The notes: a model not told the origin generated them from the sequence alone. Positions 48,597 through 57,695 are shown, counted from the first letter of the stretch. The stretch is 64,000 bases of DNA from Aquificaceae bacterium (GCA_037925075.1 JAXSNR010000002.1:512001-576000); one strand, 5' to 3'. Translations and numbers: made by a program.

Positions 48597-49715
48597 TCAG
48601 TATATCAAAGTAAGCTTTCTGTATAGCCAAGGGACACCAAGAAAGCCCTTTTTGACTGCATACTCCACCTTGCTCCCCACCTCAGCCTTAATATAGAAAC
48701 CTTCTGAAACTTTGAAACTACCGCACCAACGGTTTTTGTGAAGCTCCAAAAGTGCTATTCTGTATCCACCCCTGATAAGGTGGTATTTTTTGACTATGGT
48801 GTCTGTCCTATGCTCTGGCTCTGACCTGTCAAAGCGTCCATTAACCCACAAAAGAAAGAAAAGGCTTATCAGTGGCGTGCAAACAAAACAAACAAATAGA
48901 GTTTTAAAAAATACCCTTTGGTCAAGGGTAGGTCCCCCAACGAGAAGCAATACAAGGACGGTATAAAGTAGGTTGATGGGCGTTAGTATCTTAAAGCCCA
49001 CCAGCAGGATCTGGTAAGTGCATAACGGGTCGTATCTATAAAAGCCCCCCACAATGCCTATTGTGGAAAGAATTACAGTTATCAAGATGGGAAGCTTTAA
49101 TGTAAGCCAGCTCCTTAGGTTTTCTTTGTATTGTTTAGAGGGTGCTATGGTGTTCAAGGTAGGTGAAAGCTCTACCATCATCCTAATGGCCTCAAGGATT
49201 ACCTCCTTGTTTGCCACCTTTTTAAACCTACTAATCCCGCCTAGATGCCATCCAAGGGTGAGATTCCTGCCATCTATACTTATGAAAGTAAGACCGGGAA
49301 GTTCAAAGAGCCTTTTTATGGTGCTTTTGAACTCTTCCATATTCAAAAGCCTTTCCGCCCACTCCTTTTCTTCGTACTCTACAAAGATGTTGTCTAAGTA
49401 TGGCTTTCTAAGGGTTAATTTATCTAAAAAGCCACCTCGCCAAAGCTTTAGGTAGCCAAAGGTTTCAATCTCAAGGCTCACCTTTAGAGCATAGCTTCCC
49501 CTTCCTCCTTCTGTGTAAAGCTTCACTCTCTTGCCCTTCACGTCAAGCTCCGCAAGGGGAAAAAAGAGCCACTTATAACCTACATGCCTTGCACCAAGAG
49601 AGCTGTAAAATTCCAAAAGCTCCTTTTTGTGCCTAATGTACGAAAAATATAGCAAAAGAAGAACAAAGGCTAAAGCTAAAAATGGAAGAAGATGGTTATT
49701 TATGCTCAGTTCCAT
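48597..49715 (-). CDS. Hypothetical membrane protein
   Basis: 372 aa, N-terminal TM plus three C-half TM segments; no motif recognised. Confidence 0.75.
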   Translation of the reverse strand: MELSINNHLLPFLALAFVLLLLYFSYIRHKKELLEFYSSLGARHVGYKWLFFPLAELDVKGKRVKLYTEGGRGSYALKVSLEIETFGYLKLWRGGFLDKLTLRKPYLDNIFVEYEEKEWAERLLNMEEFKSTIKRLFELPGLTFISIDGRNLTLGWHLGGISRFKKVANKEVILEAIRMMVELSPTLNTIAPSKQYKENLRSWLTLKLPILITVILSTIGIVGGFYRYDPLCTYQILLVGFKILTPINLLYTVLVLLLVGGPTLDQRVFFKTLFVCFVCTPLISLFFLLWVNGRFDRSEPEHRTDTIVKKYHLIRGGYRIALLELHKNRWCGSFKVSEGFYIKAEVGSKVEYAVKKGFLGVPWLYRKLTLIY

Positions 49716-50979
49716 AATCTTCTACAGCTCCAAGGTCGTAATCTCCCACCTGAGTGGTTTTTACCTTTAAGATATCTCCCGGCTTTAGCTCCCTTTCTGA
49801 TTCTACATAGGTTATCCCATCCACCTCTGGTGCCTGTGCGTAAATCCTACCCACGGGGACGTATCCAAACTCCTCATCAAAACCATCCACAAGAAGCTCA
49901 AACTCCTTATTAAGTAGCTCTTGGTTTTTCTTTTGAGTTATCTCCCTTTGAATCTTTAAAAGTGCTTCCCGCCTTGCTTCCTTTTCTTCTTGCGGTATGG
50001 GGTCTCCCAGTTCAAAGGCGTGCGTGCCTTCTTCTCTGTAGTAGGTAAAGGCTCCAACCCAGTGGAAATGGCCCTCAGCGACAAAGTCCAAGAGTTTTTT
50101 GAAATCTTCCTCCTTCTCCGTAGGATAGCCCACTATAAAGGTGGTCCTAAGGACCGCATTAGGCAATCTTTTGCCAAGCTTTTCTATAAGCCCTCTCACA
50201 AAACCTTCATCGTAGCCTCTTCTCATGCTTTTTAGCACTTCAGAGCTTATATGTTGCAAGGGCATGTCAAAGTAAGGCAGGAGCTTTTCCGAGTTTGCCA
50301 TGAGATCCAAAAGGCTTTCCTCTATCTCCGTAGGGTAAAGGTAAAGAAGCCTTATCCATTTAATGCCTTCTATCTTTTCAAGCTCTTTGAGAAGCTTGAT
50401 AAGGTAGCCCTTTCCGTAAAGGTCTCTTCCGTAGTAGGTGGTATCCTGAGATACAACACAGAGTTCTTTTATTCCTTGGTCCGCAAGATGGCGAGCCTCT
50501 TCAAGAATATCTTCAATGGGTCTTGAGCGATGCTTTCCTCTTATGTAGGGGATGGCACAAAAGGAGCATAGCCTGTTGCAACCTTCAGCAATCTTAAGGT
50601 ATGCGTAGGATTTGGGTGTGGTGAGAAGCCTTTGAACCTTTTCTGTCTTCTTTAGCCCTAAAAACTCCACAATACTATCCCAGCTCTCCGTTCCAAAGTA
50701 AGCAAACGCCTCTGGAATCTCCTTCTGAAGCTCCTCCTTGTACCTTTGCACAAGACAGCCCATTACAATGACCTTTTTCTTTTCGGAGAATTCCAAAATG
50801 GTTTCTATGGATTCCACCTTCGCAGGCTCTATAAAACCGCAGGTGTTTATAACTATCACATCCGCCTTTTTGGGGTCGCTCACAATCTGCGCACCACCTT
50901 CCTTTAGCTTTCCAAGGAGCACCTCCGTATCCACCAAGTTCTTTGCACAACCTAAGCTTATAACTCCTACCTTCATCAC
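49696..50979 (-). CDS. rimO: Ribosomal protein S12 methylthiotransferase
   Basis: SLGCAKNLVD, NTCGFI, EGCNRLCSFCAIP, APEVDG. Confidence 0.96.
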   Translation of the reverse strand: MMKVGVISLGCAKNLVDTEVLLGKLKEGGAQIVSDPKKADVIVINTCGFIEPAKVESIETILEFSEKKKVIVMGCLVQRYKEELQKEIPEAFAYFGTESWDSIVEFLGLKKTEKVQRLLTTPKSYAYLKIAEGCNRLCSFCAIPYIRGKHRSRPIEDILEEARHLADQGIKELCVVSQDTTYYGRDLYGKGYLIKLLKELEKIEGIKWIRLLYLYPTEIEESLLDLMANSEKLLPYFDMPLQHISSEVLKSMRRGYDEGFVRGLIEKLGKRLPNAVLRTTFIVGYPTEKEEDFKKLLDFVAEGHFHWVGAFTYYREEGTHAFELGDPIPQEEKEARREALLKIQREITQKKNQELLNKEFELLVDGFDEEFGYVPVGRIYAQAPEVDGITYVESERELKPGDILKVKTTQVGDYDLGAVEDYGTEHK

Positions 50980-51893
50980 TCTTCCATATCAAGCTCTGAG
51001 TATATCCTAAAGATGTTTGCGTTATGAAAGGCGTCGTACATAACATACTTGGTATAGGGGTTGTTTTTAAGGGCTTCCTTGATCTCGTCTATGCCTTTAC
51101 CTTGTTCTTTAAGGACCTTTATGTTTTCTCTCAGGAACTGCACATAGCCAAGTGTAAAGTCCACAGCGGACATATCCATGGGCTCATTGTGTCCGCCGAG
51201 AAGCACTTTGGCATCCATCTTTTTTATCCTTTGTAGGACCTCCACCAGTCCCTTTGAGCTTGCCCCTCTGTCTCCCATAAAGGGTATGCGATTCTTAAGG
51301 ACAAGGTCTCCCGTAACAAGTATCTTTTCTGATGGCATGTATACCACGAGATCGTTATCCGTGTGGGCGGGTCCCATGTAGATTATTTCAAAGGTTTTGC
51401 CTCCAGATTTAAGAGTGTATCTGTCTTTTACTACTATGTCTGGAGGGATAAGCACAACGCTTTTAAAAAGCTCTCCAAACCTCTGCTTTGCACCTTCAAG
51501 GGCAAGTTGTGCGTCTCCTGACCTGTAAAAGTCTAAAAGCTTCTCGTGGGCTATTATCTTGGCCCCAAGGTCCTTGTAAGTCTTTGCACCGTACCAGTGG
51601 TCTGGGTGGTAGTGGGTTATGATGGCGTACCTTATGGGAGCTTTTTTAACCCTTTGTAGGTTTTCCACAAACTCCTTTGAGAGCTCGGGCGTTGAAAGGG
51701 CGTCTATAACTACCCAGCCTTCTCCTGTTAAAACCGCAAAGGCATTGGACATAAAGCCTCTATTTTCCAAAGAGGGCAGGGCATCCACGCCCCTAACCAT
51801 GTACATATCCCCTTGCACCCTTTTGAGCTTCATCTCGGGTGCCATGGCGTGGGCAAGAAGAATAAATAAAAACAAAAGCCTTAAGTATCTCAT
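50976..51893 (-). CDS. Periplasmic MBL-fold hydrolase (SoxH-like)
   Basis: Signal peptide; NRGFMSNA, THYHPDHWYG, AHT, GDL, GH. Confidence 0.75.
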   Translation of the reverse strand: MRYLRLLFLFILLAHAMAPEMKLKRVQGDMYMVRGVDALPSLENRGFMSNAFAVLTGEGWVVIDALSTPELSKEFVENLQRVKKAPIRYAIITHYHPDHWYGAKTYKDLGAKIIAHEKLLDFYRSGDAQLALEGAKQRFGELFKSVVLIPPDIVVKDRYTLKSGGKTFEIIYMGPAHTDNDLVVYMPSEKILVTGDLVLKNRIPFMGDRGASSKGLVEVLQRIKKMDAKVLLGGHNEPMDMSAVDFTLGYVQFLRENIKVLKEQGKGIDEIKEALKNNPYTKYVMYDAFHNANIFRIYSELDMEE

Positions 51894-51921
51894 GTAATCA
51901 TTTTATACTAGTTTGTGCAAG

Positions 51922-52995
51922 CTAATGCTTTCCTTTAAATATATTCACCATCTCTCTTTCTTCGTCGGTCTTAATCACAAAAACCTTTATACTACTATCC
52001 TGAGAGCTTATGATTTCCCGGTTTTCCTTGTTTGCCTCTTGGTCAATCTTAACTCCAATAAAGTTAAGCCTTTGACATATCCTTTCTCTAAGCTCTGGGT
52101 TGTTTTCTCCAATTCCTCCGGAGAATACGAGGGCATCCAGATCCCCTTCAAGAAGAAACCAGTATGCACCTATATATTTAAACAACTTATAAACAAAGCT
52201 TTCAAAGGCTAAGACTGCCCTTTCATCTTTCTTTTCCCTTAGAATAAGAAGTTCTTCAAAGTTAGAAGCATTGCATATGGCTTTTATGCCACTTTCTCTG
52301 TACAGTTTCCTTTCAAGGTCTTCTGGGGATATTCCAAGTCTTAGCATATGAAGTATAACCCCTGCGTCTATATCTCCCGACCTTGAAACCATTAGAAGCC
52401 CCTCAAGAGGCGTAAATCCCATGGAAGTATCTACAGAAGTTCCCGCCTTTACCGCACATATGCTGCAACCCTGCCCAAGATGTATCATGATTAAGTTGGG
52501 CTTTTCCTTCTGTAAAAGCCTTATAGACCTTTTTAGCAGATAAGAATAGGATATGCCATGAAAACCGTACTTTTTTATGCCCTGGCGGTAAAGGTCATAA
52601 TCTACTCCATAAACCCTACAATACTCAGGGATGCTTTTGTGGAAGTCGGTATCAAAAATTGCGTAATGATGGCTTGTCTCAAAGAGTTTTAAGCTTATTC
52701 TTATTCCTTCAAGGGCTATGGAGTTGTGTAAGGGGTTTATGTGTGCGAGCCTTTCGAGCACGGTAAGCGTTTCGGAATTTATGGGCATAGGGCTTTCGTA
52801 ATTCATGCCATGTACCACCCTATGGAGTATAACCTCCGGATGTTGAATTATCTGCTCTCTGATGGTGTTTATGGACTCCTCAAGCTTCTCTTCTCCCCCA
52901 AGTGGTACTTTGTTTTTTAGAAGGAGCTCCTCTTCCCTAAAAAGGGCATACTTAAGTGAGGAGCTTCCGTAATTTAGGCATAAGAAAGTTCTCAT
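51922..52995 (-). CDS. ackA: Acetate kinase
   Basis: NYGSSSLK, HRVVHG, PLHN, YGFHG, SMGFTPLEGL, GGIGEN, TDEE; SD GGAGG before ATG 52995. Confidence 0.93.
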   Translation of the reverse strand: MRTFLCLNYGSSSLKYALFREEELLLKNKVPLGGEEKLEESINTIREQIIQHPEVILHRVVHGMNYESPMPINSETLTVLERLAHINPLHNSIALEGIRISLKLFETSHHYAIFDTDFHKSIPEYCRVYGVDYDLYRQGIKKYGFHGISYSYLLKRSIRLLQKEKPNLIMIHLGQGCSICAVKAGTSVDTSMGFTPLEGLLMVSRSGDIDAGVILHMLRLGISPEDLERKLYRESGIKAICNASNFEELLILREKKDERAVLAFESFVYKLFKYIGAYWFLLEGDLDALVFSGGIGENNPELRERICQRLNFIGVKIDQEANKENREIISSQDSSIKVFVIKTDEEREMVNIFKGKH

Positions 52996-55330
52996 CGGAA
53001 AATTCCTCCGCATCTACTCCCTCTTCGTAGGCATGCTTTAGAGCCCTTATTTGCATATCCCTGAACATGTCTATGTACCTTGTTCCCCTTGATTGGAGAG
53101 TTGGGGTTCTTTGTATCACATCTATGGCTATACTAAAGCGGTCTATTTGGTTTATTATGGCAAGTTGAAGGGGCGTGGTTATGCCTCCTCTTCCCTTTAA
53201 AAAGGGCTGGAGTTGTGTAGCGTCAATTCCTATTTTTCTGTTTTCTCTGTAGCCTCTTACGTGGAGGTTTTTGTGGTTTTTTCGGCGGTATGTAAGCCTG
53301 TGTATTAGCCATGGATATCCGTGGAAGTTGAATATTATGGGCTTGTCTGTGGTAAAGTAGGCATCAAAATCTCTTTCTGGAAGTCCGTCGGGGTGTTCGC
53401 TGTCTGGTGTGAGTCTGAAAAGGTTGATCACATTAACAAACCTTATGGCAAGCTCAGGAAAGACTTCTCTTAGGAGGAAAGAGGCACATAGGGCTTCTTT
53501 TGTGGGTATATCACCACAGCTGGTAAGGATCACGTCCGGTCCCCTTTGTAGGTGTGTACTTCCAAAATCAAAGATACCTATACCTTTTATCACATGTCTA
53601 TAAGCCTCCTCGTGGCTAAGATACTGGGGATGCACCTGCTTGTCCACCACTATTATGTTTACTCTGTCTGTAGATTTAAGGCAAAGGTCGGTGGTCGCAA
53701 GCAGTGTGTTGGCGTCGCAGGGAAAGTAAAGCCTTACCACGTTGGGCCACTTATCCACTATGCTGTTTATAAAGCCAGGGTCCTGATGGGTAAAGCCGTT
53801 GTGGTCCTGCCTCCATACCACAGAAGTGAGTAAGAGGTTCAGAGAACTTATCGGGGCTCTCCAGGGTACGTCCTGAGATATGTCAAGCCACTTTCCAAAC
53901 TGATTTACCATAGAGGTTATTATGGGGGCAAAGCCCTCATAGGTATTAAGAAGGCCGTGCTTTCCCGTAAGTAGGTATCCTTCAAGCCAGCCTTCTACCG
54001 TGTGTTCCGAAAGCATCTCTATAACTCTACCGGTGGGGCTAAGGTATCCTTCGTCCTTGTCCACTTCCAACACCTGTGCCATCCAAGCTTTCCCGTGCTC
54101 AAAGGCTGCATACAATCTGTTTGAGGCGGTCTCATCGGGTCCAAAGAGCCTAAAGTTGTCCGGGTTTTTGTCCATAATGACTTTTAGGTATCTTCCAAGG
54201 GGTGCTGTGTTGTTGTGAAGGCTAAATTTCTCCACTTGGAACTCTTCTGGATTTGGAAGGTTAAGGGGTCTTCTCAAGAGCCCTCCGTTGGCGTAAGGTG
54301 TATTTCCGAGCCTTCTTTCCTCTTCTGGGAAAAGGCTTTCAAGCTCTATGGTAGGCTTTCCTTTTGCGTCAAAAAGTTCAGAAGGTCCGTAAGACAAAAG
54401 CCATTCCTCTATTACCTTTATGCCTTTTTCGTCAATCTCTGAAATGGGTACTTGGTGTGACCTCCAATAGCCTTCTATACGCTTACCTCTAAAGCTTTTA
54501 GGTGCGGTCCAGCCCTTTGGCGTCTTTAGGACCAAAAGGGGAAGTATTGCCCTACCTTTCGGGCTTGCCTTTATGTCCATAAGTCTTTCAAAGGCTCTGT
54601 CCATGCTTTCAAGGGTAGCCTCGATGACCTCTGATACTTCTTCTCCTTCTATCCATATGGGTTCGTATCCGTAGCCCTTGAAAAGGCTTATCTCTTCTTC
54701 TTTTGGAATTCTTGATAACACTGTTGGGTTGTTTATCTTGTAGCCGTTAAGGGATAGCACAGGGAGGACAAGGCCATCCCTTTGGGGGTTTAAAAACTTG
54801 TTGGAATGCCAAGCGGTAGCCAAAGGTCCAGTTTCCGCTTCTCCGTCTCCCACTATGGCAACGGCCACCAAATCTGGACTGTCAAAGACAGCTCCGTAGG
54901 CATGGGATATGGTATAGCCCAGCTCTCCCCCCTCTTGTATAGAACCTGGGAGTTCTGGAGTGCAGTGGCTACCAAGTCCTCCGGGAAAGGAAAAGGCCTT
55001 AAAGAGTTTTTTCATACCTTCTTCATCTTGGGAAAACTCTGGATAAAACCTGCTGAGGCTTCCATCAAGGTAAAGGGGTGCTATGTAGCCCGGTGCACCA
55101 TGTCCTGGTCCTACCACAAGTAGCGACTGGACTTCTTTGTACTTTTTTAGCGTACGACTAACCGCAAGATAAACAAGGCTTATGTTGGGACTTGCTCCCC
55201 AGTGCCCAAGTAATCTTTTTTTAAGATGTTCTCTCTTCAGAGGCTCCTTCAGAAGAGGGTTCTCCCTCAGGTACATCATCCCCACAGCCAAATAGTTGCA
55301 TGCCCTGAAGGCTTTTAAAAGCTCTTTCAT
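52952..55330 (-). CDS. xfp: Phosphoketolase (XFP family)
   Basis: GHWG, GPGHG, EGGELGY, GDGEAETGP, SEH, QDHNGFTHQDPG, FHGYP. Confidence 0.96.
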   Translation of the reverse strand: MKELLKAFRACNYLAVGMMYLRENPLLKEPLKREHLKKRLLGHWGASPNISLVYLAVSRTLKKYKEVQSLLVVGPGHGAPGYIAPLYLDGSLSRFYPEFSQDEEGMKKLFKAFSFPGGLGSHCTPELPGSIQEGGELGYTISHAYGAVFDSPDLVAVAIVGDGEAETGPLATAWHSNKFLNPQRDGLVLPVLSLNGYKINNPTVLSRIPKEEEISLFKGYGYEPIWIEGEEVSEVIEATLESMDRAFERLMDIKASPKGRAILPLLVLKTPKGWTAPKSFRGKRIEGYWRSHQVPISEIDEKGIKVIEEWLLSYGPSELFDAKGKPTIELESLFPEEERRLGNTPYANGGLLRRPLNLPNPEEFQVEKFSLHNNTAPLGRYLKVIMDKNPDNFRLFGPDETASNRLYAAFEHGKAWMAQVLEVDKDEGYLSPTGRVIEMLSEHTVEGWLEGYLLTGKHGLLNTYEGFAPIITSMVNQFGKWLDISQDVPWRAPISSLNLLLTSVVWRQDHNGFTHQDPGFINSIVDKWPNVVRLYFPCDANTLLATTDLCLKSTDRVNIIVVDKQVHPQYLSHEEAYRHVIKGIGIFDFGSTHLQRGPDVILTSCGDIPTKEALCASFLLREVFPELAIRFVNVINLFRLTPDSEHPDGLPERDFDAYFTTDKPIIFNFHGYPWLIHRLTYRRKNHKNLHVRGYRENRKIGIDATQLQPFLKGRGGITTPLQLAIINQIDRFSIAIDVIQRTPTLQSRGTRYIDMFRDMQIRALKHAYEEGVDAEEFSDENFLMPKLRKLLT

Positions 55331-56075
55331 GACCCACCTCCTCCAGCCACTTTTCAAAGCTTTTGCCTTCCATTATAGCTGAGAGGAGGGACTCTTCCAG
55401 TGGGTTTAGGTCCTTTGGAATGGTGTCTGGTCTAAGCCTTAGGGTCCTTTCTATGGAATGCCACAGTTCCCAAAGTCTAATAAGCTGGTGGTTGCCAGAG
55501 AGTAGCACCTCTGGCACCTTCATACCTTTGAAATCCGCAGGCCTTGTATAAACGGGTGCACCGAGCCACCTTCTAAAGGAATCCCTTCTCAGGCTTTCAG
55601 GCTCGCTCAAGACCCCGGGCAGAAGCCTTGCAATACCTTCCAAAAGCACAAGGGCAAAGAGCTCACCACCAGCCAGCACAAAGTCCCCCAGAGAAATCTC
55701 CTCGTCCGCCAAGGTGCTAATTCTTTCGTCTAATCCTTCGTACCTTCCACATATTACCGCCAAACTATCAAAGTTAGATAACCTATCGAGGTCCTTTTGA
55801 GTAAGCCTTTTGCCCCACGGCTGAGGAATTACAGTATAAGGTTTGCCGAAACTTTTCACTATCTTTTCGTAAGCTTCAAAAACGGGCTCTGGCTTTATAA
55901 CCATTCCGGGATGCCCACCGTAGGCTGTGTCATCCACCTGCCCTTTGTGAGCAAAATCTCTAAGATTTACCGTATGAAGTTCAAGTATGCCCTTCTTTAT
56001 GGCTTGTTTTACCGTACCGTATTCCGCATAGCACTGGATAACCTGAGGGAAAATTGTAAGGACAAAAAACCTCAT
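55221..56075 (-). CDS. trmD: tRNA (guanine37-N1)-methyltransferase
   Basis: VDDTAYGGHPGM, CGRYEGLDER, SLGDFVLAGGE, YTRP, LLSGNH. Confidence 0.96.
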   Translation of the reverse strand: MRFFVLTIFPQVIQCYAEYGTVKQAIKKGILELHTVNLRDFAHKGQVDDTAYGGHPGMVIKPEPVFEAYEKIVKSFGKPYTVIPQPWGKRLTQKDLDRLSNFDSLAVICGRYEGLDERISTLADEEISLGDFVLAGGELFALVLLEGIARLLPGVLSEPESLRRDSFRRWLGAPVYTRPADFKGMKVPEVLLSGNHQLIRLWELWHSIERTLRLRPDTIPKDLNPLEESLLSAIMEGKSFEKWLEEVGHERAFKSLQGMQLFGCGDDVPEGEPSSEGASEERTS

Positions 56076-56935
56076 CTAAGAAAGTTCTCCACCATGCTTC
56101 TTGCCCTTTCTTGACTGAAGCGGTAGTATATGTCTATGGTGGTCTTCACGTTTGAATGTCCTGCAAACTCCTTGACCACCTCCGCAGGAAATCCGGAATT
56201 TACAAGGTTTGTTATGTAGGTGTGTCTAAAGCTATGAACGGAAAAGGGAATGCCTAACCTCTGGGAAAGCCTGTTGGTATAAACTTGCAGAGAGCCAGCC
56301 TTTACAAATATGTATCTTTCGTAATCCTGAAGCCACTCATGTAGCTTTTCGTTTATACTCAGGGTTTCTTCCCTTGAAAGACCTATTATAGGGACAACTC
56401 TTTCTTTACCTCTCTTTGTCACTTCCGCAGGAAGTCTTAACCAGTATATGCGGTTTTTGTCCCTCTGGAAAAACTCTCTTTTTAACTGAGAGTATTCGGA
56501 AAGCCTTATACCACTGTAAAGAAGCAAACTGTACACGCGCTCGTATTTTGTATTTTTCACCGCCTCAAAAATCCTCTTTAGCTCCTCACTACTCAAAGCC
56601 TTTGGACTTTTTTGTGGCCTGGATCCAGAGAGGTCATCTCTTATTTCTTCTATTACAGCTTCCAGCTCTGAGTACTTTTCCCTGTTTAGCCACCCCCTTC
56701 TAAAGGCGAACTTATAAAAGTGCTTTATGGCGGAAAGATGAGTAAGAAGCGAAGATACGGATAGCTCTGATGAGTCAACGTATGAAAACATCTCCTTTGG
56801 TTCAATCTCAAGAAGGCTAACATCCCTACCTATGTACCTTTGAAAGGAAGATAGGCACATGCTGTATGTGGTTATGGTTCTTTGGCTTTTTGTCCTGCTC
56901 AGGCTCTTTATCCAAAGCTCCAAAAGCCTGTCCAT
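56072..56935 (-). CDS. Tyrosine recombinase, Xer-like
   Basis: SAM-like N-domain; catalytic R (SGIRLSE), K (TKRGKER), HSFRH, GH, Y; 287 aa; ATGA overlap with trmD. Confidence 0.9.
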   Translation of the reverse strand: MDRLLELWIKSLSRTKSQRTITTYSMCLSSFQRYIGRDVSLLEIEPKEMFSYVDSSELSVSSLLTHLSAIKHFYKFAFRRGWLNREKYSELEAVIEEIRDDLSGSRPQKSPKALSSEELKRIFEAVKNTKYERVYSLLLYSGIRLSEYSQLKREFFQRDKNRIYWLRLPAEVTKRGKERVVPIIGLSREETLSINEKLHEWLQDYERYIFVKAGSLQVYTNRLSQRLGIPFSVHSFRHTYITNLVNSGFPAEVVKEFAGHSNVKTTIDIYYRFSQERARSMVENFLR

Positions 56936-56950
56936 GATTTTATTTTATTC

Positions 56951-57577
56951 CTACTTTTTTCTCTTCTCCAGTTCTATACGGAGGTTGGAAATCTCCATCT
57001 CCCTACTAAGTATTTCCCTATCCTTGTCTAGCAGAGCCCTCTGTAGCTCCAGTTCCTTCTGATTCAGGAGATGCTCCTTCTCTTTTAACTCTTCCTGAAG
57101 GTTTTTTATGACCTCATCCTTTTCTGATATCAGTCCAATCAACCTTTGGTTTTCCAGTTCTTTTTCCTTACAGAGCTCTTTTTGTTTCTCCAGGTCCCTT
57201 ATTAAAAACTCCATCTCCTTTTCTCTTATAGCCAGAAGGGTATACAGGCTTGAAAGCTCATGAAGAAGTTGTTCTTTTTGTTGTTCCTTTTGCATTAAAG
57301 CAGACATGTAGGTGGCTATTAGACTACCTTCCAGGGTTGATTTGAGGTTCTCAAGGTTTGATTGAAGGTTTTTGTTTTTCTCCTCTTGAGCCTCCTTTAG
57401 CCCCCTTATGTATTCCAACTCCTCCTGGGTTAAATAAACATACCAAATACCGTCCTCTTCTTTACCACCCCTTATTAAGCCTGCTCTTATGCGGTTTTTC
57501 ACCGTGTTTAAAGAAAGACCCGTAAATGTGGCATATTCAGAGGCTTTTACCTTGACAGCATCTTTGACATCATTCAT
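56951..57577 (-). CDS. MerR/Xis-like HTH plus long coiled-coil protein
   Basis: KASEYATFTGLSLNTVKNRIRAGLIRGGKEEDGIWYV, then heptad-rich E/K/L/Q tail; SD AGGAGG before ATG 57577. Confidence 0.8.
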   Translation of the reverse strand: MNDVKDAVKVKASEYATFTGLSLNTVKNRIRAGLIRGGKEEDGIWYVYLTQEELEYIRGLKEAQEEKNKNLQSNLENLKSTLEGSLIATYMSALMQKEQQKEQLLHELSSLYTLLAIREKEMEFLIRDLEKQKELCKEKELENQRLIGLISEKDEVIKNLQEELKEKEHLLNQKELELQRALLDKDREILSREMEISNLRIELEKRKK

Positions 57578-57606
57578 GATAGACCTCCTTTCAGTAATAT
57601 GACAGT

Positions 57607-57635
57607 ATTTTATATCAATTGATGTCAAGTGTCAA
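57607..57635 (-). promoter_or_regulatory. Consensus sigma70 promoter for the HTH/coiled-coil gene, overlapped by an 8-bp inverted repeat
   Basis: TTGACA-N17-TAAAAT; TTGATGTC-N11-GACATCAA (57619-57645) straddles the -35 box. Confidence 0.75.
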
Positions 57636-57667
57636 TAGACATCAAAAAGGAGAGTGGCAGGATATTG

Positions 57668-57695
57668 TGTTAATATAATTGCTATTATGTTAACA
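57668..57695. other. dif-like Xer recombination site (11-6-11)
   Basis: TGTTAATATAA-TTGCTA-TTATGTTAACA; right arm has the canonical XerD-arm core TTATGTTAA; arms 10/11 inverted. Confidence 0.8.

Noticed and set aside
56072..57577. Prophage or ICE integrase-excisionase pair
   Set aside because: No phage or conjugation genes or att repeats; no arm-binding N-domain; coupled to trmD. Not fully excluded, kept as an alternative in the findings
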